Source: Patescibacteria group bacterium
GTDB taxonomy: Bacteria; Patescibacteriota; Minisyncoccia; UBA6257; GWB1-50-10
Reading direction: 5' to 3'
NCBI GenBank assembly: GCA_023474215.1
Contig: JAMCYI010000006.1
Span: 65,452 to 129,451, forward strand
Length of the DNA stretch: 64,000 bases
Shown: positions 1 through 9,025 of the stretch, piece by piece
Numbering within the stretch: the stretch's first letter is position 1
Layout: every line of letters begins with the position of its first letter
Made by a program: the position numbers and the translations under genes
The notes under the pieces: model-generated
What the model was told of the DNA's origin: nothing
The model's input: only the letters and a program-made list of their open reading frames with translations
The model's database searches: none

Positions 1-220
1 CGATTTCCTTTCCATCCGCCTTCGTCTTTTCCCGGATCTTCTTCAATGCTTGTTCTTCGATTTGCCGTACCCGTTCCCGCGTAATGCCTATCTCGTCGCC
101 GATCTCTTGGAGCGTTTCCGTTTTTCCGTTCTTCAAACCGAACCGGCCGACAACAATCCGCCGCTGTTTGGGTGGTAGAGTCAAAAGAATATCGTCAATG
201 ATGGCATTCACGCTTTTCAT
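1..220 (-). CDS. Sigma-70 region-4-like HTH protein, N-terminal part (runs off window start)
   Basis: Manual translation from ATG at 220: MKSVNAIIDDILLTLPPKQRRIVVGRFGLKNGKTETLQEIGDEIGITRERVRQIE; TLQEIG..ITRERVRQIE is the sigma region-4 HTH motif, here at the N-terminus. Confidence 0.8.
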   Translation of the reverse strand, partial: MKSVNAIIDDILLTLPPKQRRIVVGRFGLKNGKTETLQEIGDEIGITRERVRQIEEQALKKIREKTKADGKEI

Positions 221-266
221 GAATTTATCGTAAAATCATTCTACCACAAGGTTAAAAAGTAGTCAA

Positions 267-1175
267 CTAGTCCTTCTTCTGCCACAGATACAGGAGCGGG
301 CTCGCAACAAATATGGAAGAGTAAGTACCGAAAATAGTGCCGATCAGTATCGTAAGGATGAAATAAAAGAGGGATTGCGGGCCGAATACGAGGAGTGCGA
401 TCAAGACCAGCATGAGCGTGAAGGACGTATTCACAGATCTCGCAAATGTTTCGCGGACACTGTAGTCGATGACCTCCGCAAGCGACGTCTTCTTTCCCCG
501 GGCAACCAAGAGATTTTCCCGAATTCGGTCGAAGACGACGATGGTATCGTGAACGGAAAAGCCCATAATGACCAAAAGCGCCACGATGAAATTGGTATCT
601 ATTTCAATGCCCCTGAAAAATCCGAGAAGCGCCAAAAAACCCGCCGGGATCGAAACGTCGTGAACGAGCGTCGCAAGCGTTATCAGTCCATATTTCCACG
701 ACTTGACCGGCTCCGAAACTTTCCGGAAGGCGTACGCGATGTAGAGGGAAATGCCGATCAAAACGAGGATGATGGCGGTCATTGATTTGTGCGCCAGCTC
801 GCTCCCCACCGTGGGGCCGATACTCGAAAAGTTTTCGTCGTTGAAGCTTCCGATCTTCGTCTTTAGAGCGTCGGCGTACTGCTGATGGCTTGCTTCGCTC
901 ATCTCCGGCGTTTCGATGTCGAACTGATTCGGACCGAGGCTCCTCACCGTCAACTCCGAAAGCCCCGCGGACGAAAGCACCGATTGCACCTCGGAAACCG
1001 AAACGTTTCCGCTTGTGAATGCAACTTGCCATTCGGTCCCCCCTGAAAGATCGATTCCCGGCTTCAAGCCGAGGAAAATGACGCACAGCCAACTCGCAAG
1101 GACAATGACCGCCGCGAACGACAAATAGTATTTTCTGTTTTCTACGACGTTCAAAAATTTCATTTTGGTGTTCAT
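267..1175 (-). CDS. secF: Protein translocase subunit SecF
   Basis: GIDLSGG, IGPTVG and GFSVHDTIVVFDRIRE motifs; directly follows secD. Confidence 0.97.
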   Translation of the reverse strand: MNTKMKFLNVVENRKYYLSFAAVIVLASWLCVIFLGLKPGIDLSGGTEWQVAFTSGNVSVSEVQSVLSSAGLSELTVRSLGPNQFDIETPEMSEASHQQYADALKTKIGSFNDENFSSIGPTVGSELAHKSMTAIILVLIGISLYIAYAFRKVSEPVKSWKYGLITLATLVHDVSIPAGFLALLGFFRGIEIDTNFIVALLVIMGFSVHDTIVVFDRIRENLLVARGKKTSLAEVIDYSVRETFARSVNTSFTLMLVLIALLVFGPQSLFYFILTILIGTIFGTYSSIFVASPLLYLWQKKD

Positions 1176-2476
1176 GCCAGTTGCTTCTTTTCGCGGCTTT
1201 CAAAAACCCTGAGGAGCGTTCGCGTGGTGGTTATGGCAGAGAACAAGCTCACGAGGACCCCGATAAAAAGAGACAAAGCGAAGCCCTGCACGAAACTCGA
1301 CGTAAAATAGTAAAGGACTGCCGACGTAATGAGAGTCGACACATTCGAATCCCGAATGGACGTCCATGCCCGCTTGAATCCTTCTTCGACCGCGGAAGCA
1401 TGGCTCAAACCGCGCTGGAGCTCCTCCTTCGTCCGTTCAAAAACCAAAACATTCGCATCGACAGCCATGCCGATGGACAAAATAAATCCAGCGATCCCCG
1501 ACAATGTCATCGTAACCGGCACGATCTTGAAAATGGCGAGCGTGACGCTCACGTAAATAAGAAGCGCTACCGAAGCAAAGATGCCGAGTTTCTTGTAATA
1601 AATAAGCATGAAGACCATGACCGCCAAGGTTCCCACGATGCCTGCCAAGATAGCCGTGTCGAGTGCATTTTTACCGAAATTGGAACTTATCGTTTGCTGA
1701 TTCACGAGCGTGATCGGAGCCGGAAGAGCACCGGCATTGAACCGCTCAACGAGCGTTTGAGCGGTTTGGACCGTGAAGTTTCCCGTTATTTCGGCTTTTC
1801 CGCCGGTTATCGTCTCCTGGACCACCGGCATTTCGATCAACTGATCGTCCAAAAATATCGCAATGGGCTTTCCGACATTCTTTGAGGTCAAATCCTGGAA
1901 CAGCGTTGCGCCTTGCGAATTGAATTCGATGTCCACTTGGGGCTGATTGGTCACCGAATTGAAAGACATTTGAGCTCCGACGACATACCTGCCATTCAAG
2001 CCAGTCGGAATGAATGCGAGATTTTGGCCGGCAAGAGTCGACGTCGAAGAAGTCGAGAGTGCGGCAGTCGATGTAGCCGGAATCTCTTGGACCTCCCGAA
2101 AATCCAAAAACGGCGTTGCGCCGATTTCTTTGATGGCTTGATTGACGTCCTTCACGCCCGCAAGTTCCACAACCAACCGTTCGCTGCTCCCTACGGTCTC
2201 GATGTAAACCTTTGGTTCGGAAACGCCGAAGAGGTTCACCCTCTTTTCAATGACATCGCGAAGGCCGTTCACAACGGACTGTTCGTCCGCCGCCGGAACT
2301 TTCGAGAGATCGATGTTGTACGTCAAAACGCTTCCTCCTGCCAAATCCAGACCGAGGTTCCAGGGCCGGAAGTTCGAGATCGTCCCCCAGAGCGGCTGAT
2401 AATCGAAAATGCCGGCAACGACTGCGATGACCACAATGATGAAAAGCAGCGTTTTTGGTTTCAGTTTCTGAAACAT
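1172..2476 (-). CDS. secD: Protein translocase subunit SecD
   Basis: LGLDLAGG, RVNLFGVSEP, GALP, IGMAVDANVLVFER motifs. Confidence 0.97.
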   Translation of the reverse strand: MFQKLKPKTLLFIIVVIAVVAGIFDYQPLWGTISNFRPWNLGLDLAGGSVLTYNIDLSKVPAADEQSVVNGLRDVIEKRVNLFGVSEPKVYIETVGSSERLVVELAGVKDVNQAIKEIGATPFLDFREVQEIPATSTAALSTSSTSTLAGQNLAFIPTGLNGRYVVGAQMSFNSVTNQPQVDIEFNSQGATLFQDLTSKNVGKPIAIFLDDQLIEMPVVQETITGGKAEITGNFTVQTAQTLVERFNAGALPAPITLVNQQTISSNFGKNALDTAILAGIVGTLAVMVFMLIYYKKLGIFASVALLIYVSVTLAIFKIVPVTMTLSGIAGFILSIGMAVDANVLVFERTKEELQRGLSHASAVEEGFKRAWTSIRDSNVSTLITSAVLYYFTSSFVQGFALSLFIGVLVSLFSAITTTRTLLRVFESREKKQLA

Positions 2477-2501
2477 CGGATATAGTTTATAATGAAAGCG
2501 A

Positions 2502-3524
2502 ATGAAAAATCAACTGGTGACCCTCGTACTTTCCGAGGTTCCCAAGGCGGTGAGGGGGAAGGTTTTTAAATCCGAGACGCAAAAAAGCTCTCCGCACTAT
2601 TTCCCCTCGTCCGTTCCCCATTTGGTGACCGTCGGCGAAGAAAAGAAGAAGATCGACGGGAGCGAAGTAACCTTTTCGATCCTCGGCTATATTCCCTACA
2701 TTCTCGTCATTCAAGCATCGATTGAGCTCAAAAACATCTTCGATCGCGAGCAAACGAGCGATTGGGAAAAGAGGTTGTACGAGGAAAGCTACACGATCGT
2801 TAAAAAGTGGGGCGGCAGCGAAGACATGAGCGAAATGTATTCGATCTTCGAGATCTCGGGATACGTCGGCGATCCGGAACAATTCCTCGTCCATGCCTCG
2901 ACGATGGCCTCGCTCCTCAAATCGGAAACCATCAGCCTCGACCCAAAAGAGGTGGAATACACTCTTTCCGCGCAAATCAAATACGCCAAACACGACCTCT
3001 CGATCATCGACTGGGACGGCGCGTTCCTTTTTGACGTCGAAGGCGACTTCGGCTTGGCCGTGGAACTTTTAATGCTCGCCAATCTCCAGCTCCTCCGCCA
3101 TCGCATTCTCGACAAACGGTTGGACAACCAGCTTTTGAATATCCAAGACATCATGAAAAAACTCGGCGAAAAGAAATGGTTCTCCTCAACGAAGGCCGTT
3201 TCCGACGCAGCAAAGGATATCCTCGATCGGCGACTGACATGGATTTCGGCATTCGAGTCGCTCGAACGGGACATCAAGCTCATCGGCGAGTGGTACTCGG
3301 CGCGATTTTACGACCTTGCAAGCCGCAAGCTTAAGTTGAGCGATTGGCGAACGGACGTCAAGGAAAAACTGGACTCGCTCGAGGATATTTATTCCTCCCT
3401 TGTGGAAAATTTCTCGGTTTCAGCAAAAGATCGAGCCGAATGGGTGGAACTCATCGCATGGTTCGTGCTCCAGGTCGGCTGGTTCATCCTCATCATTCTC
3501 GAGTTCCTCTACTTTACGAAGTAA
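2502..3524 (+). CDS. Conserved hypothetical protein with C-terminal TM helix (RMD1/DUF155-like architecture)
   Basis: 340-aa ORF, helical C-half and terminal hydrophobic segment; TATAAT 8 nt before ATG; family call is tentative. Confidence 0.6.
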   Translation: MKNQLVTLVLSEVPKAVRGKVFKSETQKSSPHYFPSSVPHLVTVGEEKKKIDGSEVTFSILGYIPYILVIQASIELKNIFDREQTSDWEKRLYEESYTIVKKWGGSEDMSEMYSIFEISGYVGDPEQFLVHASTMASLLKSETISLDPKEVEYTLSAQIKYAKHDLSIIDWDGAFLFDVEGDFGLAVELLMLANLQLLRHRILDKRLDNQLLNIQDIMKKLGEKKWFSSTKAVSDAAKDILDRRLTWISAFESLERDIKLIGEWYSARFYDLASRKLKLSDWRTDVKEKLDSLEDIYSSLVENFSVSAKDRAEWVELIAWFVLQVGWFILIILEFLYFTK

Positions 3525-3615
3525 GCAGATATACTTAGAGATAAATAGAAATAGGTAGATATATAGTAGTTACAATCTATCTCTACCGCATATCTACGTA
3601 TATCCGCTCTATCTA
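3525..3615. repeat. Degenerate ~9-10-mer (tagatat/atatct) array arranged as an imperfect inverted repeat
   Basis: gcagatat..tagagat..ggtagatat on the left mirrored by atctct..atatct..atatcc on the right. Confidence 0.7.
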
Positions 3616-4458
3616 AAAAACCTTCACGAAGCGGAGCGGGTCGACGGAGACGCCGTTCACCTTGATCGAAATATGGAGATGATCGCCGGTCGAAAGTCCC
3701 GTGTCACCCACAAGGCCGATGACCGTCCCCTTCTTCACTTCTTGCCCCACGCTCGCCACGATCTTCGAAAGGTGCAGATACATCGAATAGATCCCCTCGC
3801 CGTGATCGACGACAACCATATTGCCATACGAGACCGTCGATGTCGCAAACCGTACAATGCCTGCTTGCATCGCGCCGACGGCGCTCCCGGCGGGCGATGC
3901 AAAGTCGGTACCAAGATGCCAAAATTCTTGGCTTCCCATCTTCCGCAAAATTCCGTACCAGTCGGTGATGTGCGTGTTATTCAAAAGAGGCAATCCGAAC
4001 GCGCCGGTGATATATGACTGCGGCGTCACGGCATTCAAGATCTTGTCGAGCGTCGCATTTTCGTCATTCAAGCTTTGAACGAGTTCGGTCGGCGTCATGC
4101 CGATTTGCGGCGGAACGGCGAAGGTTTCCACCGTTATTTTTTTCTTTAAAACATCGATCCACTTTACCCTTGTTGCGCCGTCAGCGAACGTAAGCGTTAT
4201 TTTTTGCCAACCGGTTTGCGCCGTGACCTTCAGCCCGATTGCCGCAATGTACCTTCCTCCGTACGGAAAGAAGTTCGCCGTTTCGCCCCCGAGCGTAGCG
4301 GTTTGCGGCGCGCTTGCGCTTCCCGAAACCGTGATCCGTACCGTATCGCCTTGGACAGGATATGCATTGGAAACGGAGATCGAAAGGACCGCAGCAGAAG
4401 AAAAAGAGGCAATAGAAAGGCCAAAAAGAAATGTCAAAGCGATGGTTATCCTCTTCAT
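3613..4458 (-). CDS. M23 family metallopeptidase, secreted
   Basis: HLGTD and HLH zinc motifs, GNMVVVDHG; signal peptide from MKRITIAL (start moved to 4458, TATAAT 7 nt upstream). Confidence 0.92.
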   Translation of the reverse strand: MKRITIALTFLFGLSIASFSSAAVLSISVSNAYPVQGDTVRITVSGSASAPQTATLGGETANFFPYGGRYIAAIGLKVTAQTGWQKITLTFADGATRVKWIDVLKKKITVETFAVPPQIGMTPTELVQSLNDENATLDKILNAVTPQSYITGAFGLPLLNNTHITDWYGILRKMGSQEFWHLGTDFASPAGSAVGAMQAGIVRFATSTVSYGNMVVVDHGEGIYSMYLHLSKIVASVGQEVKKGTVIGLVGDTGLSTGDHLHISIKVNGVSVDPLRFVKVF

Positions 4459-4480
4459 TACTTTCATTATAAAAAACGAA

Positions 4481-4600
4481 TACGGATATGAATAGATAGG
4501 ACGGATACTGACGGACATTCACGGATATGAATAGATATAGTAGAGATACATCGGGAGTATCCGGAGATATCCGTATCTATCCGTAAGTATCCGCTTTATC
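4481..4600. repeat. Degenerate acggatat/atccgt array arranged as an imperfect inverted repeat
   Basis: acggatatgaatagata occurs twice; acggata/acggaca units on the left, atccg units on the right. Confidence 0.75.
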
Positions 4601-5885
4601 CTTTCATTTCCTCAAGATATTCTTCCTTCAATTCTTTCAATGTCCCCTCCATGATCGCTTTTCTGATTTTTGCCATAAGGTCGTTAAAAAACCAAACGTT
4701 GTGGATCGTTGCTAGCCTCCCTGCTTCTTGATCCTTTGCCTTGAAAAGATCATGCAACTCCTTGCGGGAAATCCCCCGCAAGCAGACGGGGCACAAACAA
4801 TCGTTTTCGATCTTTCCTTTATCTTCCGCATACTTTCCTTTTCGAACATCGAAACGACCCCCCTTCGTCCAGAGAGACCCGTGGCGCGCTTCTCTCGTCG
4901 GTATCACGCAATCGAACGTGTCGATCCCCCGTTCGACACCCGCAAAGATATCCTCGATGCGCCCGATGCCCAAGAGATGGCGCGGACGTCCTTCGGGGAG
5001 AAGCGGCGTCACCCAGTCGAGAACATCGAGCATTTCTTCCTTGCCGAACGATCCGCCGATGCCGAAACCATCGAATGCCATCGATCCCACGACCCGCGCA
5101 CTTTCTTTCCGCAGGTCCTCGAACTCACCTCCTTGGACGATACCGTAGAGCGCTTGATCTTCTCGCTTTTTCGCCGCAAGCGATCGCAGGGCCCACCGAT
5201 GCGTCCGCACCATGCTTCCTTTCGTATACTCGTAATCGTTCAAAGGCGACGTACATTCGTCGAACGCGAAGATGATATCGGCACCGAGCTTCTCCTGGAT
5301 GTGCATCGAGATCTCCGGATTCAGGAACCGCTCTTCTCCATCGTAAAAATAGACACCTTCTTCGGTTATCTTTACCAAGTTCCTATCGCTTCTTCCCGAA
5401 TGTACGTTATCTCTCGTCGCCGGTTGTTCTTCGGCTCCAGCGACCGAAGCCAACCTGCGCTCTCGCACCGTCGAATCCGCTTCGCGAATACCAAGCTCGA
5501 CGGTGCTCCGAGAGCTGCCTCGAGACAACATGCTTTCGGGAAACCTCTGCGCTATCTTTCCGATTTTGTGTTCCCGGCCGAAACCAAAACTGAAAACCTG
5601 GAAACCGCCGCTGTCGGTCATGAGCGGCCCTTGCCACTTCATTTTCGCATGGAGCCCTTCGAATACCTCGAGTTTGTCACCCAAACCTTTCCACATATGG
5701 TAGGTGTTCACGATGACGATCTGCGTCTTTGTTTCCGCGACGTCTTCGGAAGAGAGAGTTCGGACGGCAGCATTCGTGCCGACCATGGTATAGGCGGGCG
5801 TTTCGACGATACCGTGCGGCGTTTCAATGACGCCAACCCTCGCGCGGGAATCCTTGTCTTTTTTTACAATCTTGAAGCCGAACAT
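4596..5885 (-). CDS. tgt: tRNA-guanine transglycosylase carrying a ~50-aa insertion
   Basis: TDSGGFQVFS, FDEC, GIVQGG, HLLGIG, DTFDCV, CxCxxC..H zinc site. Confidence 0.96.
   Translation of the reverse strand: MFGFKIVKKDKDSRARVGVIETPHGIVETPAYTMVGTNAAVRTLSSEDVAETKTQIVIVNTYHMWKGLGDKLEVFEGLHAKMKWQGPLMTDSGGFQVFSFGFGREHKIGKIAQRFPESMLSRGSSRSTVELGIREADSTVRERRLASVAGAEEQPATRDNVHSGRSDRNLVKITEEGVYFYDGEERFLNPEISMHIQEKLGADIIFAFDECTSPLNDYEYTKGSMVRTHRWALRSLAAKKREDQALYGIVQGGEFEDLRKESARVVGSMAFDGFGIGGSFGKEEMLDVLDWVTPLLPEGRPRHLLGIGRIEDIFAGVERGIDTFDCVIPTREARHGSLWTKGGRFDVRKGKYAEDKGKIENDCLCPVCLRGISRKELHDLFKAKDQEAGRLATIHNVWFFNDLMAKIRKAIMEGTLKELKEEYLEEMKG
5393..5542 (-). mobile_element. 150-bp structured palindromic element inserted in frame in tgt
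   Basis: Imperfect 21-bp terminal IR (ttcccgaatgtacgttatctc / gagacaacatgctttcgggaa) enclosing two hairpins; matches the non-homologous protein insert; shares motifs with 27901-28053. Confidence 0.75.
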
Positions 5886-5900
5886 AAAAAGAGAGGGTAA

Positions 5901-6027
5901 AAATCCTAATATCTAAATCCTAAATAAATCCCCATGACCAAATTTCCAAATTCAAAACGCGCGTTTTGGTCATTATGATTTTTGATTTTGATATTGTTTA
6001 GGATTTGGTGCTTAGGACTTAGGATTT
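5901..6027. repeat. Heptamer-based (aaatcct/aggattt) palindromic intergenic repeat
   Basis: aaatcctaa-like units on the left, ttaggattt-like units on the right, centre caaaacgcgcgttttg. Confidence 0.8.
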
Positions 6028-7665
6028 CATATGACGCGCCGCGTATTGGAGCGTATCCCCCACTTTCTTCCCCGGATTGAAGATGCCGTCCGGATCAAAA
6101 ATCTTCTTCGCCTCCATAAAAAGCGAAACGATTTTTTCACCGTACATTTCTTTGAGGTACGGCGTCCGGATGATCCCGTCGTTATGCTCGGCGGTGATGG
6201 AACCGCCGTATTTGAAGATCAGTTGGTAAACCTGTTCCGTCACCTCCGGGATGATCTTCCGCGTTTCCGGATCGTCCATATGCACGAGCGGAATGATGTG
6301 GAAATTCCCGTTCCCCGGGTGGCCGGCGATGGTATAGACCAGTTTGTCCTTGTATTTGTCGAGGATCGCGTTCACTTGCGGCAATATTTCAGGCATATAT
6401 TTCGGCTCGACAATGATGTCGTCGATGAAGGCGGCGGCATCCATTCCCTTCACGTGGCTGTGGATTAAGGCGAAGCTTTGCCGGCGAATGGTCCAGTACT
6501 CTTCTGATTCGGCGTCGCTCTTCACATTCCGGACCAAGAGCTTGTATTTTGTGGCTGCCGCGACGATCTCCTGGGCTTTCCGCTCCAATTCTTTTTCGTC
6601 GTCGGCCGTGACGGAAACAAGAAGGATCATTTTCGGCATTCCTCCGGAGCGAAGGAGCATCCCGATCTCGGGAATGAACTCAAATATAAGCTTGAAGAGG
6701 CTGCCTTTCATGAGCCTCATTAAGGTCGGGAAAAAGCGAATCGCAAGACCCATCGTTTTGTCGTCGTACGATTCGATGCTTTCGGGTTTCAAGGCTAAAA
6801 GGTCGTTCACGAGATCCGGCACGGGATCGAGCGTTTTCGAAAAGATGACGACAAGCCGGGTGTATTTCGGCGCAGGGACCAAGCGGAGGCGGGCCGCCGT
6901 CAAAAGCCCGAAGGTCCCCTGCGACCCCACGATCACTTTCGTGATATCGAAGGTTTTTTTGTCCCACACGTTCCACAAATAGTAGCCGGCGGAGTTTTTA
7001 CTGACCTTCGGCTTCGCAGCTATGATCGTTTCATAGTTGTCGTTGATCAACTGATAAAGTTTTCGGTAAACATCGCCTTCGAAGCCTTGTTCCTTGAGCT
7101 TTGCTTCGAGTTTTTCCCCTGACAAGGGCTCGAGATAATGTTCTTTGCCGTCGGCGAGGACGATATGGAGTCCCTCGACGAAATTTTCCGTCTTGCCGTA
7201 TTGTAAAGTCAGTTCGCCGCCGGAATTGTTATTGACCATGCCCCCGAGGGCGCACAAATCCTTGGATGCCGGATATGCGGGATAAAGCAGATGCTTCGCC
7301 TGAAGTTGTTTCTCGAGGTCGCGGAAATAAACCCCCGGTTCCACGATGACATATTTCTCTTTTTCATTGATTTCCCGAATATGATTGAAGTACTTTGTGA
7401 ACTCCACAATCACCGATTCGTTCAGCGGTCCACCGGACATATCGGTCCCTGCGGAACGGCCGGTCACGGATATTTTTTCGCCTGCCTTCTTTTTCACCTC
7501 CGCGAATTGAACGAGCTTCTCGACATCTTCCTTGTCCTTCGGAAAGACGACGGTTTCCGGCCGTACATTGAAAATGGAATAATCATGGCTGTAATCGGAC
7601 AAGGTTTTCTCGTCCGCTATCACGTCGCCTTGTATGAGTTTTTTCAATTCTTCAGACAGGTTCAT
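6019..7665 (-). CDS. FAD-linked oxidoreductase (GlcD/D-lactate dehydrogenase family)
   Basis: RSAGTDMSGG FAD loop, GSQGTFG, HPGNGNFH, GGSITAEHNDG, DPDGIFNPGK. Confidence 0.9.
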   Translation of the reverse strand: MNLSEELKKLIQGDVIADEKTLSDYSHDYSIFNVRPETVVFPKDKEDVEKLVQFAEVKKKAGEKISVTGRSAGTDMSGGPLNESVIVEFTKYFNHIREINEKEKYVIVEPGVYFRDLEKQLQAKHLLYPAYPASKDLCALGGMVNNNSGGELTLQYGKTENFVEGLHIVLADGKEHYLEPLSGEKLEAKLKEQGFEGDVYRKLYQLINDNYETIIAAKPKVSKNSAGYYLWNVWDKKTFDITKVIVGSQGTFGLLTAARLRLVPAPKYTRLVVIFSKTLDPVPDLVNDLLALKPESIESYDDKTMGLAIRFFPTLMRLMKGSLFKLIFEFIPEIGMLLRSGGMPKMILLVSVTADDEKELERKAQEIVAAATKYKLLVRNVKSDAESEEYWTIRRQSFALIHSHVKGMDAAAFIDDIIVEPKYMPEILPQVNAILDKYKDKLVYTIAGHPGNGNFHIIPLVHMDDPETRKIIPEVTEQVYQLIFKYGGSITAEHNDGIIRTPYLKEMYGEKIVSLFMEAKKIFDPDGIFNPGKKVGDTLQYAARHMKS

Positions 7666-7671
7666 ATAAAT

Positions 7672-7770
7672 AAAATTCTAAATCTTAAACAATGACCGAA
7701 ATATACGTTTTGAATTTTGAGTTTGGACATTGGAATTTATTTAGAATTTAGGATTTCGAAATTAGGATTT
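7672..7770. repeat. Heptamer-based palindromic intergenic repeat, same family as 5901-6027
   Basis: aaattctaaatctt.. mirrored by ttagaatttaggatttcgaaattaggattt. Confidence 0.75.
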
Positions 7771-8247
7771 CAAGACCTTCAGGTCCTTGATGACTTCCTC
7801 GGCGTGGATTTCCGGCTTCACATCCTCGTAGATCTTCGCGATCTTCCCCTGCGGATCGATCAAAAACGACGTACGAAGCGTTCCTTCATACTCGCGCCCC
7901 ATAAATTTCTTCTTTCCCCATACGCCGTACTTTCTCACCACTTCTTTCTTTTCATCCGCGAGGAGCGTGAAGGGCAACTGGTATTTTTCAGCAAACTTTC
8001 CGTGGCTCCTCACCGAATCGACGCTCACGCCGAGCACGTTCGCCTTGAGTTTTTTGAAGTCCGGAAAATAATCGCGGATTATGCATGCTTCTTTTGTGCA
8101 TCCCGGCGTATCGTCCTTCGGATAAAAGTACAAAAGAACCCATCCTCCGGCGTATGCGGAAAGCGAATGGAGCTTCCCTTTTTGATCCAAGAGCTCGAAA
8201 TCGGGGGCTTGTTCCCCTACCTGCGGTTTATTGTTCTTTTTCTTCAT
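7762..8247 (-). CDS. bcp: Thioredoxin-dependent peroxiredoxin Bcp
   Basis: YFYPKDDTPGCTKEAC; start moved to MKKKNNK. Confidence 0.95.
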   Translation of the reverse strand: MKKKNNKPQVGEQAPDFELLDQKGKLHSLSAYAGGWVLLYFYPKDDTPGCTKEACIIRDYFPDFKKLKANVLGVSVDSVRSHGKFAEKYQLPFTLLADEKKEVVRKYGVWGKKKFMGREYEGTLRTSFLIDPQGKIAKIYEDVKPEIHAEEVIKDLKVLKS

Positions 8248-8744
8248 GGTTGTAAAATATCTTCGCTCCGACCGTTGATCGACAGAACGACGTTCTGAAC
8301 CGTCGGGAACTGCCGCAAGGTTTCGACGATTTGCCACCTCGTCATGGCAACCCGGCATGAACCGCCGATGCCCGCTTCGAGAGATTCATCGAAATCGGCA
8401 TACGCCGTCCCGCTTGCGATCCGGAGGCTTTTGAGCGCAACGCCCGAATTGATGTTCGTAAAGTATCCCGCTGCCCGCTCTTCATCAGTGGGCCCCTGAA
8501 GCAGTTCGTTCACCGCCGCTTGTCCCACGGCTTGAGTTTTCGGGACCGTGCGCACAACCGGGAATACCTCTTTGCAGGATACGTTCGGATCGAGATTACT
8601 GTTACCGAAAAACACTTTTACGACGGAGGTTTCCTTCATTGAGTCGGCGTCATCGGAAACGATATCGGCTGGCAAATTTGAAACCGCGACCGCGAGGGCA
8701 ACTGCCGCAAGTCCTGCCGCTCCGTACCAAACTTCCCTACGCAT
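8244..8744 (-). CDS. GerMN-domain membrane-anchored protein
   Basis: ELLQGPT, GGSCRV, QIVETLRQFPTV..SING; N-terminal hydrophobic helix. Confidence 0.85.
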   Translation of the reverse strand: MRREVWYGAAGLAAVALAVAVSNLPADIVSDDADSMKETSVVKVFFGNSNLDPNVSCKEVFPVVRTVPKTQAVGQAAVNELLQGPTDEERAAGYFTNINSGVALKSLRIASGTAYADFDESLEAGIGGSCRVAMTRWQIVETLRQFPTVQNVVLSINGRSEDILQP

Positions 8745-8982
8745 CCGCCTTCTTTTCTTCGGTTTTGAGGAGTCCCTGCCGTTTCATGGCCGGCCGGGAG
8801 AAGATGAAGATATAGAGAATTTCGAGGATGCCGATCGTATTCAAAACGAGGAGCACGATAAACCACCACTTTTGGGAAAGTTTTGCCGCGCGCCACAGCG
8901 CAACGCCTTTCCACGGAAGCACCCAAATAATAAGAGCGAGAACGATCCATCCGTTCGTCAAGCCTGCCGTGATATTTACCAT
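8737..8982 (-). CDS. Small membrane protein, DUF5652-like
   Basis: WVLPWKGVALWRAA..QKWWFIVLLVLNTIGILEILY; start at 8982 with TATAAT 6 nt upstream. Confidence 0.8.
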   Translation of the reverse strand: MVNITAGLTNGWIVLALIIWVLPWKGVALWRAAKLSQKWWFIVLLVLNTIGILEILYIFIFSRPAMKRQGLLKTEEKKADA

Positions 8983-9025
8983 GCTTCCATTATACCACAA
9001 ACCCCTTATGGTATATGATAAAGGT

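Noticed and set aside
3525-7770. CRISPR array
   Set aside because: Units are 7-10 nt, degenerate and mirrored, with no unique spacers and no cas genes.
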